From positions 160,694 through 224,693 of the forward strand of contig CAVUMN010000002.1 in assembly GCA_963742735.1 (NCBI GenBank): a stretch of 64,000 nt of DNA, read 5' to 3'. Shown piece after piece: positions 29,450 to 39,328 of this stretch. This DNA comes from an uncultured Actinomycetes bacterium. Its GTDB lineage: Bacteria > Actinomycetota > UBA4738 > JBBDTT01. The position numbers were made by a program, and so were the translations under genes. How positions within the stretch are numbered: position 1 is the stretch's first letter; the number at the start of each line of letters is the position of its first letter. Below the pieces are notes generated by a model. That model was not told where the DNA came from. It did not search any database and saw nothing but the letters and a program-made list of their open reading frames with translations.

Positions 29450-29725
29450 ATGGTTCGCCAGATCGCCGTGCCGCCCGCCGCGCGAACGCTCAGCACGCTG
29501 TCACGCGTCGACTACGAGGACGGCTTCCTCGTCGAGACGGGCCCGGCGAAGGGCCGGACGGGGGAGCAATGGGCGCGCGCGATGCTGGAGAGCCTGCGGC
29601 CCGAGACCCGACGCGCGCTCCGGTGGGGATGGTTCGGGCTGGGCGTGAAGCTCGGCTCGACGCGCGACGAGCGGCGCCTCCTCGAGCGCGCCGCCCGCGC
29701 GCCGAGCGGCGCCGGCGTCCACTAA
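29450..29725 (+). pseudogene. probably truncated DUF2867-like gene
   Basis: VDYEDGF...EQWARAMLE...LRWGW then loses similarity next to the convergent gene. Confidence 0.5.
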
Positions 29726-29728
29726 CCG

Positions 29729-30418
29729 CTATCCGCGAAGCGCCGCTCGAAGGATCTCCACGAGCTCGCCGGAGGCGCGCAGCGTCCGGACCAGCTGATG
29801 GTCGCCGGACTCGTGGCCACGAAGGGACACGCCCGGCAACCCTCGCAGCCGCGTGGCGTGCGCCCGGTCCAGGTCGTAGTTCGTGCAGTAGTGCACGATC
29901 CCCGGCCCCTCCCAGCCTCGCAGGGTCCGGCGCAGGTCCAGCACCGCCCCGGCGGGCCGGCGCCGGTGGATCGCCGCGATCTGCTCTCGCCAGCGAAAGT
30001 CCCGCGCCCTGAACCGCCGCCACCGACCCAGGAAGGTCTGGGGCGAGAACGCATGCACCTCGTCCGCCCCGCACATCGCCCCGAACAGCAGCGCCGCGAA
30101 CCCGCCCATGGAGTTCCCGGTCATCACCACGCGTCGTGCCCCGGACTCCTGGATGCGCGTGCGCAGGCCGGCGGCGGCCTCCCCGACCGTCTCGCCGAGA
30201 CCCGGCACCCCTCGCTGGTACCAGGCCTGGGACAGGTCCCGGACGAACAGCCGCTTGGTGGGGACGTCCGAGGCCAGCCGGAGGAACTCGAACGGCGCGA
30301 TGCCCATTCCCCCCTTGATGCCGCCGAACGCGACCAGCAACGTGTCGGCCTTCGGCCCGAAATCGGTCGCGACCCCCACCGTGGGGTCCTCGACCTGCAC
30401 GCGCAGGGGATCGGCCAC
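29729..30418 (-). CDS. alpha/beta hydrolase-fold protein
   Basis: LLVAFGG, GNSMGGFAA, FSPQT, His in GDHQL. Confidence 0.8.
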   Translation of the reverse strand: MADPLRVQVEDPTVGVATDFGPKADTLLVAFGGIKGGMGIAPFEFLRLASDVPTKRLFVRDLSQAWYQRGVPGLGETVGEAAAGLRTRIQESGARRVVMTGNSMGGFAALLFGAMCGADEVHAFSPQTFLGRWRRFRARDFRWREQIAAIHRRRPAGAVLDLRRTLRGWEGPGIVHYCTNYDLDRAHATRLRGLPGVSLRGHESGDHQLVRTLRASGELVEILRAALRG

Positions 30419-30476
30419 GGCGCCGCAGCCTATACGCGTGTTCGTGAGCGGAAGGTGTCAGCTACCCTGTGCTTCG

Positions 30477-31241
30477 ATGACCGACGGACTCCAGGACCCT
30501 CAGCCCGAGGCCGAAACCGAGCCCGAGCAACCTCTGCCCCAGGATCCACTCCTGGCCCTGCAGGACCTCGATCTTTCCATCGACCGGCTCGAGGCCCGGG
30601 GGCACGAGCTGGAGGCCGGGGGCGAGGTCGGCGAGGCCCGCCGCCGCGTCGAGGACCTCGAGGAGCAGGTCGGCACCCTGAAGCTCGCCCTGGACGCGAT
30701 CGGCCAGGAGCAGACCCGGTTCGAGACCGAGATCGAGTCCTACACCCGCCGCATCGACACCGAGCAAACCCGCATGTACGACGGCTCGGTCGCCAACCCC
30801 AAGGAGCTCCTGTCCATGCGGGCCGAGATCGACAACCTGAAGTCGCGCAAGTCCCGCACCGAGGACGAGCTGCTCGGCCAGATGGAGCGCCGCGAGGAGG
30901 TCGAGTCCCGTCTGAGCCCCCTGGAGGCGGAGCTCGCCGAGGCCAACGACCGGCTGGGGGAGCTGCGCGGCTCGTCCGCCACCGAGCTCGACGAGATCCG
31001 CTCGGCCCTGGAGTCCCGCGGGCAGGAGCGGGTCGAGGCCGCCGCCGGGATCGACGAGGAGCTGCTCGAGCTCTACGAGGAGCTCCGCGCCCTGAAGAAG
31101 GGGGTGGGCGCGGCGGCCGTGGTCGCCAAGGTCTGCATGGCGTGCCACCAGGAGCTCTCGCCGCTCGAGTACGAACAGGTGAAGAACGCGAGCGGCATCA
31201 GGCGGTGCCCGAACTGCCGGCGAATCCTGATCTTCGCGTGA
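30477..31241 (+). CDS. coiled-coil C4 zinc-ribbon protein (DUF164/CT398-like)
   Basis: LLALQDLD, long coiled coil, CMAC...CPNCRRIL; typical position before rnhA-rnpB. Confidence 0.9.
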   Translation: MTDGLQDPQPEAETEPEQPLPQDPLLALQDLDLSIDRLEARGHELEAGGEVGEARRRVEDLEEQVGTLKLALDAIGQEQTRFETEIESYTRRIDTEQTRMYDGSVANPKELLSMRAEIDNLKSRKSRTEDELLGQMERREEVESRLSPLEAELAEANDRLGELRGSSATELDEIRSALESRGQERVEAAAGIDEELLELYEELRALKKGVGAAAVVAKVCMACHQELSPLEYEQVKNASGIRRCPNCRRILIFA

Positions 31242-31684
31242 TCGTCCACTCCGACGGCGCCGCTCGGGGCAACCCGGGCCCGGCGGGGATCGGCGCGGTC
31301 GTCACCTCACCCGAAGGTGACGTCCTGGCCGAGGTCGCCGAGGGCATCGGCGTCGCCACCAACAACGTCGCCGAGTACCGCGCCGCCATCGAGGGCCTCC
31401 GCGCCGCCCGCGACCTGGGCGCGCGGGCCGTGACCCTGCGCGCCGACAGCCGGCTGCTGATCGAGCAGCTCGCCGGCCGGTTCCGCGTCAAGAATCCGAC
31501 CCTGCAGCGCCTGCACCAGGAGGCCCGCTCGATCCTGAAGGACTTCGACGAGGTCAAGCTCGAGCACGTGCCGCGCGCGTTCAACGCCGCCGCGGACGCC
31601 CTGGCGAACCGGGGTGTGGACGAATGGCTGGCCGACGAGGGCCGCGACTGGCGGCCGGCGGACCCCGACCCCCGGCTGCTCTAG
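31238..31684 (+). CDS. rnhA: ribonuclease HI
   Basis: SDGAARGNPGPAG, TNNVAEY, DSRLL, HVPRAFNAAADALAN. Confidence 0.93.
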   Translation: MIVHSDGAARGNPGPAGIGAVVTSPEGDVLAEVAEGIGVATNNVAEYRAAIEGLRAARDLGARAVTLRADSRLLIEQLAGRFRVKNPTLQRLHQEARSILKDFDEVKLEHVPRAFNAAADALANRGVDEWLADEGRDWRPADPDPRLL

Positions 31685-31712
31685 CGGGCCACGACGCGCT
31701 CGTATACTCGGC

Positions 31713-32097
31713 GGTGGAGGAGTCGGCCGGGCGGCCGCGGCGCGCTTGCGCGTCGAGGAAAGTCCGGACTCCACAGGGCGCGGTGCTGGGTAACCCCCAG
31801 GCGAGGCGACTCGCGGAAAGTGCCACAGAAAACAAACCGCCCCTCGATCCGAAGACGGCTCGCCGCCGAGGACGAGGGGTAAGGGTGAAACGGTGAGGTA
31901 AGAGCTCACCAGCGCGGGGGGTGACCCCCACGGCTCGGAAAACCCCACCGGGAGCAAGACCAGACAGGGACCGGGTGGCCCGCCCGATGGTCCCGGGTAG
32001 GTCGCACCGAGGGTCGCGGAGACGCGGCCCCCAGAGGGATGGTCGCCACCCGCCGAGCGCGGGGACAGAATCCGGCTTACAGGCCGGCTCCTCCACC
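31713..32097 (+). ncRNA. rnpB: RNase P RNA (class A)
   Basis: GAGGAAAGTCCGG, AGTGCCACAGAAA, GGGTGAAACGG, ACAGAATCCGGCTTA; ends pair as P1; TATACT -10 at 31703. Confidence 0.97.
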
Positions 32098-32102
32098 TTC
32101 CC

Positions 32103-32309
32103 TCACCGGCGCTCGTTGCCGCGCTTGTAGTTGCCGGTGGCCCGGGCCATCAGCTGCTGGGCCGCGCCCGCGTCGGCCCCGGCCACCCGCTTCAGGAACC
32201 GGCCGGCCGCGCCCGCGCGCAGCGTCGTGACGACGCGGCGTCCGCGGGAGATGTGCACCTCGCCCGACGCCGTGGCACGGAACGTGAAGCCGAGGCCGGC
32301 GTCGCTCAA
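32103..32309 (-). CDS. small conserved hypothetical protein
   Basis: GEVHISR...QQLMARATGNYKRGNER; overlaps lipA stop. Confidence 0.7.
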   Translation of the reverse strand: MSDAGLGFTFRATASGEVHISRGRRVVTTLRAGAAGRFLKRVAGADAGAAQQLMARATGNYKRGNERR

Positions 32310-33292
32310 GGCGAGGCGGGCAGACGCTCCGAGGCCCGGGAGAGCTGCTTGCCGGCGTGGTAGGAGCTGCGGACGAGCGGACCCGCCTCGACGTGGGCGA
32401 ACCCGAGCTCCTCCATCCCGAACCGCGCGTGCTCGTCGAACTCCTCCGGCGTGACCCACCGGTCCACCGGCAGGTGGTGCTCGGTGGGGCGCAGGTACTG
32501 GCCCATCGTCAGCAGGTCGGCGCCGGTCGCGGCGATGTCGCGCATGGCCTGGGGGACCTCCTCGGGCCGCTCGCCCATCCCCAGGATCAGGTTCGACTTC
32601 GTGACCTGCCCGGGACGCGCCCGCTTCGCGATGCGCAGCACGTCCAGCGAGCGGTCGTAGCCGAACGCGGGACGGATCTTCGCGTGCAGCCGGCGCACGG
32701 TCTCCAGGTTGTGGGCGAAGACGTCCGGCGCGGCCTCGATCACCGTCGTGATGTCGCGCTCGCCGCCCTGGAAGTCGCTGGGCAGGACCTCGACCTTCAC
32801 GTCGGGGACGGCCTCGCGCACCGCGCGGATGGCCTCGGCCCAGATCCGGGCCCCCCCGTCGTCCAGGTCGTCGCGGGCCACGCCGGTCAGGACCACGTAG
32901 CGCAGGCCCATCCGCTTGACCGCGTCGGCGATCTTTGCCGGCTCGTCCTCGTCGACGGCGTCGGGCTTGGCGGTCATCACATCGCAGAACCCACACCGCC
33001 GAGTGCACTTGTCCCCGAGGATCAGGAACGTCGCCTCGCGCTCCTCCCAGCACTCGTAGATGTTTGGACAGGCCGCCTCCTCGCACACCGTGTGGAGGCC
33101 GCCGCCGCGCATGATCCCCTTGAGCTCGGCGAAATTGGGGCCGGTGCGCATCGTCACCTTGAGCCATGGAGGCCGGCGGCCGGGGGGATAGGCTGCCGCG
33201 TCCGGGCCGGGCCCGTTCGTGGTTCCGCCGGTCGACACGATCGGCAGGTAGAGGCGCCGGCCGTGTGGGTTGTGGTCGCGAGACCCCATCAC
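32306..33292 (-). CDS. lipA: lipoyl synthase
   Basis: TVCEEAACPNIYECW, CTRRCGFC, GPLVRSSYHA. Confidence 0.97.
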   Translation of the reverse strand: MMGSRDHNPHGRRLYLPIVSTGGTTNGPGPDAAAYPPGRRPPWLKVTMRTGPNFAELKGIMRGGGLHTVCEEAACPNIYECWEEREATFLILGDKCTRRCGFCDVMTAKPDAVDEDEPAKIADAVKRMGLRYVVLTGVARDDLDDGGARIWAEAIRAVREAVPDVKVEVLPSDFQGGERDITTVIEAAPDVFAHNLETVRRLHAKIRPAFGYDRSLDVLRIAKRARPGQVTKSNLILGMGERPEEVPQAMRDIAATGADLLTMGQYLRPTEHHLPVDRWVTPEEFDEHARFGMEELGFAHVEAGPLVRSSYHAGKQLSRASERLPASP

Positions 33293-33372
33293 GGCGAGTG
33301 TACGCGGGGGTGCCGATGGAGGCAGGGGAGGAGCGATTGCAGGGTCGCTCCTCCCCTGTCGGCTCTACGTCG

Positions 33373-33735
33373 CTACTGCTGGGGGACCCCCAGCTCGGAC
33401 ACGGCCTGCAGGTAGCGCTGGCTGCCCGTCACGACCTCCACGCCTCCCAGGTAGAACTGGGCCTTGAGGTCCTCAACGATGAGCTGACCCTTGGCGATCA
33501 GGATCTCGTTCTCCTCCGATGCCCAGATCTCCATGAGGGCGTCGAGCTTGCCGCGGACGATCGACATGCCGCCCGACCCGTCCAATGCGAAGAACGGCTC
33601 CGGCTCGGAGCACTTCCCGTCGGCCGCCTTCTTGCCCCAGAACGTGACGAAGTCCTGGAACACCTCGAGAGACTTCGCCTCCCGACCGGGCCTCGGGCTC
33701 CCCCAGGTGCTGATGATCGCTGCGTCTCTCGCCAT
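33373..33735 (-). CDS. hypothetical protein
   Basis: RBS AAAGGAGG; 120-aa ORF, PGREAKSLEVF; no family recognised with confidence. Confidence 0.7.
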   Translation of the reverse strand: MARDAAIISTWGSPRPGREAKSLEVFQDFVTFWGKKAADGKCSEPEPFFALDGSGGMSIVRGKLDALMEIWASEENEILIAKGQLIVEDLKAQFYLGGVEVVTGSQRYLQAVSELGVPQQ

Positions 33736-33798
33736 GCGTCCTCCTTTGGACCGATGACTGAGGAAAACGCTACGCCCGGGCCCTGCGGCGAGCCATGG

Positions 33799-35661
33799 CT
33801 AGTTCGGACCATTTCGGACAGGGAGAGCCGCGAGCGGTCCCGGCTGTGGCGGTGGGACGGCCCCGGCATCCCAATCGACCGCCGTGGGACGCAGCACACT
33901 GCGTGAACGCTGGTAGATCAGCGGGACATTCAGCACTGAGCCAGCCTCAGCGCCGCGCCGGATCGAGTACTCACCACCGGCCAGGGCAGCGAGCTGCTTC
34001 ACGTTCGGCACGAAGATGGACTCCTGGCTGCTCAGGGTCAAGCGAAGCCGATGTCCCGGTGCGAGGTCCCACACGGTCGGTGGGATCTCGATGTCGTAGC
34101 GCACGATCTCGCCGGCGGGGACGGCCTCTTCGCTCCCCTCGCTCAGCGGGTGATAGGGGCGAATCATGCGCCCGCGCACGTCGACCCAGTTTCGTTGTGC
34201 CCGAGTGGCGCGCTGCGAGCCGATGAGCGCGCCGGCTTTGGTGATCGCCGTGACCGCTCCGTCCGGGGCAACGTCGGACAGCCTGGCGATCAGTTGCACG
34301 TCGGGGCGCGTCGAGGTTGCGTAGATCGTCGCGGTGGAGGGGCCGGCAACCGTGGCGGTCTTCGGCAGCGGCTCGGTCTCGTAGACGAGCGAGCCGCCGG
34401 CATCTGAAGGCGCGAAGCGAAGCACGTCGGCGCCCTCCTCGTTCGGCGTGGAGGACGTCAGCGCGCCAGCTTCGTCCAGGAACAGCGGTGTGTACCTGTC
34501 CACCACCGGATATCGGTCGGTGTCGACCCATCCGTTGGTGCTGTTGCGCCACAGGTGGACCGGTCGGTCCGTGTTCGCGATGCCGGTGTTCTCGCCCTTG
34601 ACCCACTCGTCCAGCCAGCGGAGGGAGACGCTCTGCGAGATGCCGGACGCGTGGGCGCCCGGGCCCATGACGATCTGGTGGCGCGGCGAGAGGGGCGCTT
34701 CGTCAGGCGAGAGCGGCCCGTGGCTCGGCAGCCCTCGCTCGAGGTTCTGCAACGCCGTGAACATCTCCAGTGCGCCCTCGGGAAACACGTCGTTGTAGGA
34801 GCTGAACAGCAACGTCGGGATGCGGTTCCGTACGATGTCGCGCGCCCGGTACAGCGGCGACCGGTCTCGCCACCACTTGCCCTCGTAGCCTCGGTCGCCA
34901 CCAAGAAGCGTGCTGGTCGTGGAAGCCACGAGATGTCGGTACAGGCTCTGGGAGTGATCGAGCACGTTCGTAACGGTGGTCGTGGGCTGGGGGCTGATGG
35001 GTGACGCGTCGGCTGCCGCGAAGAGTCCTTCCCCCATGTACCACTCCGAGGTCATGATCCCGCCGACGTTGAAGAACTCGCGGAAGAACACTCCGCTGGC
35101 ACACTGCGGCACCGCGGCTTTGACCGGGGACGGGCCGGCGGCGTCGGCGTTGGCCGCGTTGAACAGGGCCCACTCACCCAGATAGGAACAGCCGATCAGG
35201 CCGACGTCACCGTTGGAGCCATCCAGCCCGTGCGCGACGAACTGGATCAGCTCCGCGCCGTCGCGCTGCGCGCGGGGGGACAGGAACTCGTCGACCCCGC
35301 CGGAGCGGCCGGTGCCCCGGGCATCCACGACGACACCGATGTAGCCGTGCTCGACGAAGTAGTCCAGCTCCGTAGGGAGCGGTGCTTCACCAACGCTCGA
35401 CAGGCCCGCGACGTTGTATGGGTTCACGGCCAACAGGACCGGGAATTTCCTGGGAGGACGACGACCGGACTTCAGACCGGTCGGGTAGCTGACGTCACCG
35501 TAGAGCACCGCCCCGTCCGACATCGGAAACGCCATGTCGTGGATCGTGTGTACGCCGAAGCGCGGCGGACCGGGCCTCCACGCACTCTGCGTCGCCTCCG
35601 CCGTGGCGGCGCTCGACGACAAGACGAGTACGCAGATCGATGCGGTTACGAAGCGACGCAT
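33799..35661 (-). CDS. secreted CocE/NonD family hydrolase
   Basis: MSDGAVL, VDARGTGRSGG, GCSYLG, GPGAH, PGHRLRL. Confidence 0.9.
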   Translation of the reverse strand: MRRFVTASICVLVLSSSAATAEATQSAWRPGPPRFGVHTIHDMAFPMSDGAVLYGDVSYPTGLKSGRRPPRKFPVLLAVNPYNVAGLSSVGEAPLPTELDYFVEHGYIGVVVDARGTGRSGGVDEFLSPRAQRDGAELIQFVAHGLDGSNGDVGLIGCSYLGEWALFNAANADAAGPSPVKAAVPQCASGVFFREFFNVGGIMTSEWYMGEGLFAAADASPISPQPTTTVTNVLDHSQSLYRHLVASTTSTLLGGDRGYEGKWWRDRSPLYRARDIVRNRIPTLLFSSYNDVFPEGALEMFTALQNLERGLPSHGPLSPDEAPLSPRHQIVMGPGAHASGISQSVSLRWLDEWVKGENTGIANTDRPVHLWRNSTNGWVDTDRYPVVDRYTPLFLDEAGALTSSTPNEEGADVLRFAPSDAGGSLVYETEPLPKTATVAGPSTATIYATSTRPDVQLIARLSDVAPDGAVTAITKAGALIGSQRATRAQRNWVDVRGRMIRPYHPLSEGSEEAVPAGEIVRYDIEIPPTVWDLAPGHRLRLTLSSQESIFVPNVKQLAALAGGEYSIRRGAEAGSVLNVPLIYQRSRSVLRPTAVDWDAGAVPPPQPGPLAALPVRNGPN

Positions 35662-35676
35662 GGGCGAAAGCTTCGT

Positions 35677-36660
35677 CTAGAAGTCGGCGAGCTCCTTCAT
35701 GGCGACGCCGATCCGCTCGGCGTCGGGGAGGAAGAAGTGCTCGAGCGAAGCGGCGAACGGCATCGCCGGGATGTCGGGACCGCCGACGCGGACCAACGGC
35801 CCGTCCAGGTCGAACATGGCGTCCTCGGCGATGGTGGCGATGATCTCCGCGCCGGCCCCGTAGGTCCGGTTGTCCTCGTAGACGACCATCGCCTTGCCGG
35901 TCTTGCGGACTGAGTCCAGGATCGTCTTCTTGTCGAGCGGCGCGATCGTCCGTACGTCCACGACCTCGACCGAGACCCCGTCGGCCTCGAGCTTGGCCGC
36001 GGCCTCCAGGCACAGGTGGAGCATCAGGCCGTACGCGACGCAGGTCAGGTCCGTGCCCTCCCGCTTCACGTCGGCCACCCCGATCGGGACCGTGTAGTCC
36101 TCGTCGGGGACCTCGCCCTTGATCAGGCGATACGTCTTCTTGTGCTCCAGGAACAGGACCGGGTCGGGGTCGCGGATCGCCGCGCGGAGCATCCCCTTGG
36201 CGTCGTACGGCGTGGCCGGCACCACGACCTTCAGACCGGGCACGTGGCCGTAGAACGCCTCGATGGACTGCGAGTGGTAGAGCGCGCCGTGCACGCCGCC
36301 GCCCCACGGCGCCCGGATCACCATCGGGCACCCGAAGTCGCCGTTCGAGCGGTACCGGATGCGCGCCGCCTCGGACACCACCTGGTCGAACGCGGGGTGG
36401 ATGAAGTCGGCGAACTGGATCTCCGCCACCGGAAGCAGCCCGTGCAGGGCCATCCCGATCGCCACGCCGATGATGCCGGCCTCGGCCAGGGGGGTGTCGA
36501 TCACCCGCTCCTCGCCGAACTCCTCCATGAACCCCTGCGTGACGCGGAACACGCCTCCCCGGGCGCCCACGTCCTCGCCCAGGACCAGGACCCGGTCGTC
36601 CGCGCGCATCTCCTCGGCGAGGGTGTCGTGGATCGTCGCCACCACGTTCTTCTCGGTCAT
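35677..36660 (-). CDS. 2-oxoacid dehydrogenase E1 beta subunit
   Basis: GEDVG..GGVFRVT, DTPLAE, EIQFADF, HSQS, FLEHKKTY. Confidence 0.95.
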   Translation of the reverse strand: MTEKNVVATIHDTLAEEMRADDRVLVLGEDVGARGGVFRVTQGFMEEFGEERVIDTPLAEAGIIGVAIGMALHGLLPVAEIQFADFIHPAFDQVVSEAARIRYRSNGDFGCPMVIRAPWGGGVHGALYHSQSIEAFYGHVPGLKVVVPATPYDAKGMLRAAIRDPDPVLFLEHKKTYRLIKGEVPDEDYTVPIGVADVKREGTDLTCVAYGLMLHLCLEAAAKLEADGVSVEVVDVRTIAPLDKKTILDSVRKTGKAMVVYEDNRTYGAGAEIIATIAEDAMFDLDGPLVRVGGPDIPAMPFAASLEHFFLPDAERIGVAMKELADF

Positions 36661-37685
36661 CGGTCGTCCTCGGGCTCGGCGAACACGTGGAGCAGCGCGG
36701 TGTCGGGATCGGGGTCGGCCGCGGCCCAGGCCTCTTCCACGGCCGCGTCGACCTGGGCCTTGATCTCCGTCTTGATCTCGTCGACCTGCTCCTCGCGCAG
36801 CAGTCCCTGCTCGATCAGGTAGCGGCCGAACACCAGGATGGGGTCCTTCGCCCGCGCCTCCTCCACCTCCTCCCGCGCCCGGTAGGTGCGGTCGTCGTCG
36901 TCGGAGGTATGCGGGTGGAACCGGTACGTCTTCGCCTCGATCAGGGTGGGGCCGCCGCCGGCGCGAGCGAGCTCGACCGCGGCCTTCATCGCCTCGTAGG
37001 TCCCGAGCACGTCGTTGCCGTCGACGACCACCCCCCCGAAGCCGTAGCCCTCGGCGCGCATGGCGACGTCCTTGATCGCCATCTGCTTGGAGAGGGGGAC
37101 CGAGATCGCGTACTTGTTGTTCTCGCAGACGAACACCACGGGAAGCTTGTGGATCCCGGCGAAGTTGAGGGCCTCGTGCCAGTCGCCCTCGCTGGTCGCG
37201 CCGTCGCCGAACCAGCACCCGACCACCGCCTCCTCGCCGCGGTACTTGGCGGCGTAGGCGATGCCGGCGGCGTGCACGACCTGCGTGGCGATCGGCGAGG
37301 ACCCGGTGATGATGCCCAGGCGGCGCGAGCCCCAGTGGGCGGGCATCTGCCGACCGCCGGAGGACGGGTCGTCGGCCTTGCCGAACACACCGAGGAATAC
37401 GTCCTTGGGGGTCATCCCGGCGACCAGGCAGACGGCCATGTCGCGGTAGTAGGGGACGTAGATGTCCTGCCCCCGGACCAGCGGCCACGCGGTGCCCATC
37501 TGGGCGCCCTCGTGCCCGCTGACCGGCACCACGAACGGTGCCTTGCCCTGCCGGTTGAGCCGGAACTGCGCCTCGTCGCACAGGCGCGCGGTGACCATGG
37601 TGCGGTACATGGTCATGAGGTCGTCGTCGGTGAGGCCGAGCGCGGTGTGGCGGGGCTGCGCCGATTCCTTCACGCGTGTGGCCAC
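36657..37685 (-). CDS. 2-oxoacid dehydrogenase E1 alpha subunit (branched-chain type)
   Basis: GHEGAQ, PYYRD, GRQMPAH, GDGATSEG...NNKYAIS, HTSDDD. Confidence 0.95.
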   Translation of the reverse strand: MATRVKESAQPRHTALGLTDDDLMTMYRTMVTARLCDEAQFRLNRQGKAPFVVPVSGHEGAQMGTAWPLVRGQDIYVPYYRDMAVCLVAGMTPKDVFLGVFGKADDPSSGGRQMPAHWGSRRLGIITGSSPIATQVVHAAGIAYAAKYRGEEAVVGCWFGDGATSEGDWHEALNFAGIHKLPVVFVCENNKYAISVPLSKQMAIKDVAMRAEGYGFGGVVVDGNDVLGTYEAMKAAVELARAGGGPTLIEAKTYRFHPHTSDDDDRTYRAREEVEEARAKDPILVFGRYLIEQGLLREEQVDEIKTEIKAQVDAAVEEAWAAADPDPDTALLHVFAEPEDDR

Positions 37686-37767
37686 TCGGGTCCAACCCTC
37701 TCCGTCGGGGGTCGGGCCGGATTCTAGCAGCGCGATATGGCGCCGGCCGGTCGTTAGAGTTCGGGCG

Positions 37768-38667
37768 ATGCGGACACGTGAGGACTCCGCCGTCGCGCGC
37801 CGAGTCCAGGAGCTGGTCGCCGCGCTTGCCCCCAACGGGGCGATCGAGCCCGGCGGGCGCCTCGCCGACGCCGGATTCGACTCGCTCGCATACGCCGAGC
37901 TGGCCCTGGCGCTGGAGGAGTCCTTCGGGGTCAGGCTCGCCGACGCCCACCTGGCGTACCTGGAGACGGCGGCGGCGATCGGCGCCGCGGTCGAGGCCCT
38001 CGGGGGGCGTCGCAGGGGCCCCCGGATCCCGCTGGGGATCGGGCGCCATCAGTCGCTGGCCGAGCGGACCCTCGGCCCGGTGCTGACCGCCTGGTACGAC
38101 GTGCGGATCACCGGGCGCGAGCACGTTCCGGCCTGGGGGCCGGCGATCGTCTGCGCGAACCACAACAGCCTGCTCGACATCCCGTTCCTGACGTTGGCCG
38201 TGCCTCGCGAGATCTGGTTCATGGCCAAGGCCGAGCTGTTCGCGAGGGGGTTCTCGGCGGGACTCTTCCGGAGCCTCGGCGGGTTCTCCGTTCGACGGCA
38301 GGTCACCGATCTGCGCGCGGTCGACACGGCGCTGGCCGTCCTGGAGCAGGACCGGGTGCTGGGCATGTTTCCGGAGGGCACCCGCAGCCCCGAGGAGCTC
38401 CTGCCGTTCCTGCCTGGGGCGGCCTGGATCGGCCTGGTGCGCGGCGTGCCCCTGGTGCCGGTGGCGATCAGCGGAGCGGGGGAGTCCCTGCCCCGCGGAC
38501 GGGTGATCCCCAAGCGCACCCGCGTGCGGGTCGCGTTCGGGGAGGCGATCCCGGTCGAGCACGAGCCCGATCCGGCCCGCCGCGCGGCGCGGGCCGCGGA
38601 GCTCACGAGCGAGCTCCGCCGGCGGATCGTGGCGCTGTCGGAGGGCGATTCGGGCGCCGTCCGCTAG
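37768..38667 (+). CDS. acyl-carrier domain fused to PlsC-type acyltransferase
   Basis: GFDSL phosphopantetheine site; NHNSLLD (HxxxxD), FPEGTRS. Confidence 0.85.
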   Translation: MRTREDSAVARRVQELVAALAPNGAIEPGGRLADAGFDSLAYAELALALEESFGVRLADAHLAYLETAAAIGAAVEALGGRRRGPRIPLGIGRHQSLAERTLGPVLTAWYDVRITGREHVPAWGPAIVCANHNSLLDIPFLTLAVPREIWFMAKAELFARGFSAGLFRSLGGFSVRRQVTDLRAVDTALAVLEQDRVLGMFPEGTRSPEELLPFLPGAAWIGLVRGVPLVPVAISGAGESLPRGRVIPKRTRVRVAFGEAIPVEHEPDPARRAARAAELTSELRRRIVALSEGDSGAVR

Positions 38668-38677
38668 CCTTGAGCTG

Positions 38678-39322
38678 ATGGGTTCCTACGTCGACGTCAC
38701 CGACGAGACCTTCGAACAGGAGGTCATCGAGGCCTCCAAGCAGCAGCCCGTGGTCGTCGACTTCTGGGCTGACTGGTGCCAGCCGTGCCGGGTCATCGGT
38801 CCGGTCCTCGAGCGGCTCGCCGCCGAGCCCGACGCGGGCTTCAAGCTCGTCAAGGTCGACGTCGACGCCAACCAGAACGTCTCCTACGCCTTCCGCATCC
38901 AGTCCATCCCGGCGGTGAAGGCGTTCGTCGACGGCCAGGTCGTGGACGAGTTCGTGGGGGCGATCCCGGAGCAGGCCATCGTGCAGTGGCTCGAGGGGAT
39001 CGTGCCCGACGGCACGGCCGGCAATCTCGAGGAGGCCCGCAAGGCCGCCTCCCGCGGCCGCTTCGACGAGGCACGGACGCTCCTCGCCGAGCTCGACGGC
39101 GACTTCGCGGCCGACCGGCTCCGTGAGGCGATCGGCACGGTCGAGGCCGAGGTCCCCGAGATCGCGGAGGGTGTCCCCGAGGCGGGCCTGGAGCGGCTGC
39201 TGCTGGCCGCCCCCCAGGACGAGCACGCAAAGGACCTCATGCTCGCGGCGTTCGAGGTGCTCGGGGACGACGAGCCGGCCACCCGCGAGTTCCGGCGCCG
39301 CCTCTCGAACGCCCTGTTCTGA
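38678..39322 (+). CDS. thioredoxin with C-terminal helical domain (YbbN/CnoX-like)
   Basis: VVDFWADWCQPC, IQSIPAV, C-terminal FRRRLSNALF. Confidence 0.9.
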   Translation: MGSYVDVTDETFEQEVIEASKQQPVVVDFWADWCQPCRVIGPVLERLAAEPDAGFKLVKVDVDANQNVSYAFRIQSIPAVKAFVDGQVVDEFVGAIPEQAIVQWLEGIVPDGTAGNLEEARKAASRGRFDEARTLLAELDGDFAADRLREAIGTVEAEVPEIAEGVPEAGLERLLLAAPQDEHAKDLMLAAFEVLGDDEPATREFRRRLSNALF

Positions 39323-39328
39323 GCCCGG

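Noticed and set aside
35677-38562. 961-aa fusion ending in E1 beta
   Set aside because: The upstream part is off-frame read-through across E1 alpha and antisense of ACP-PlsC; the real start is ATG at 36660
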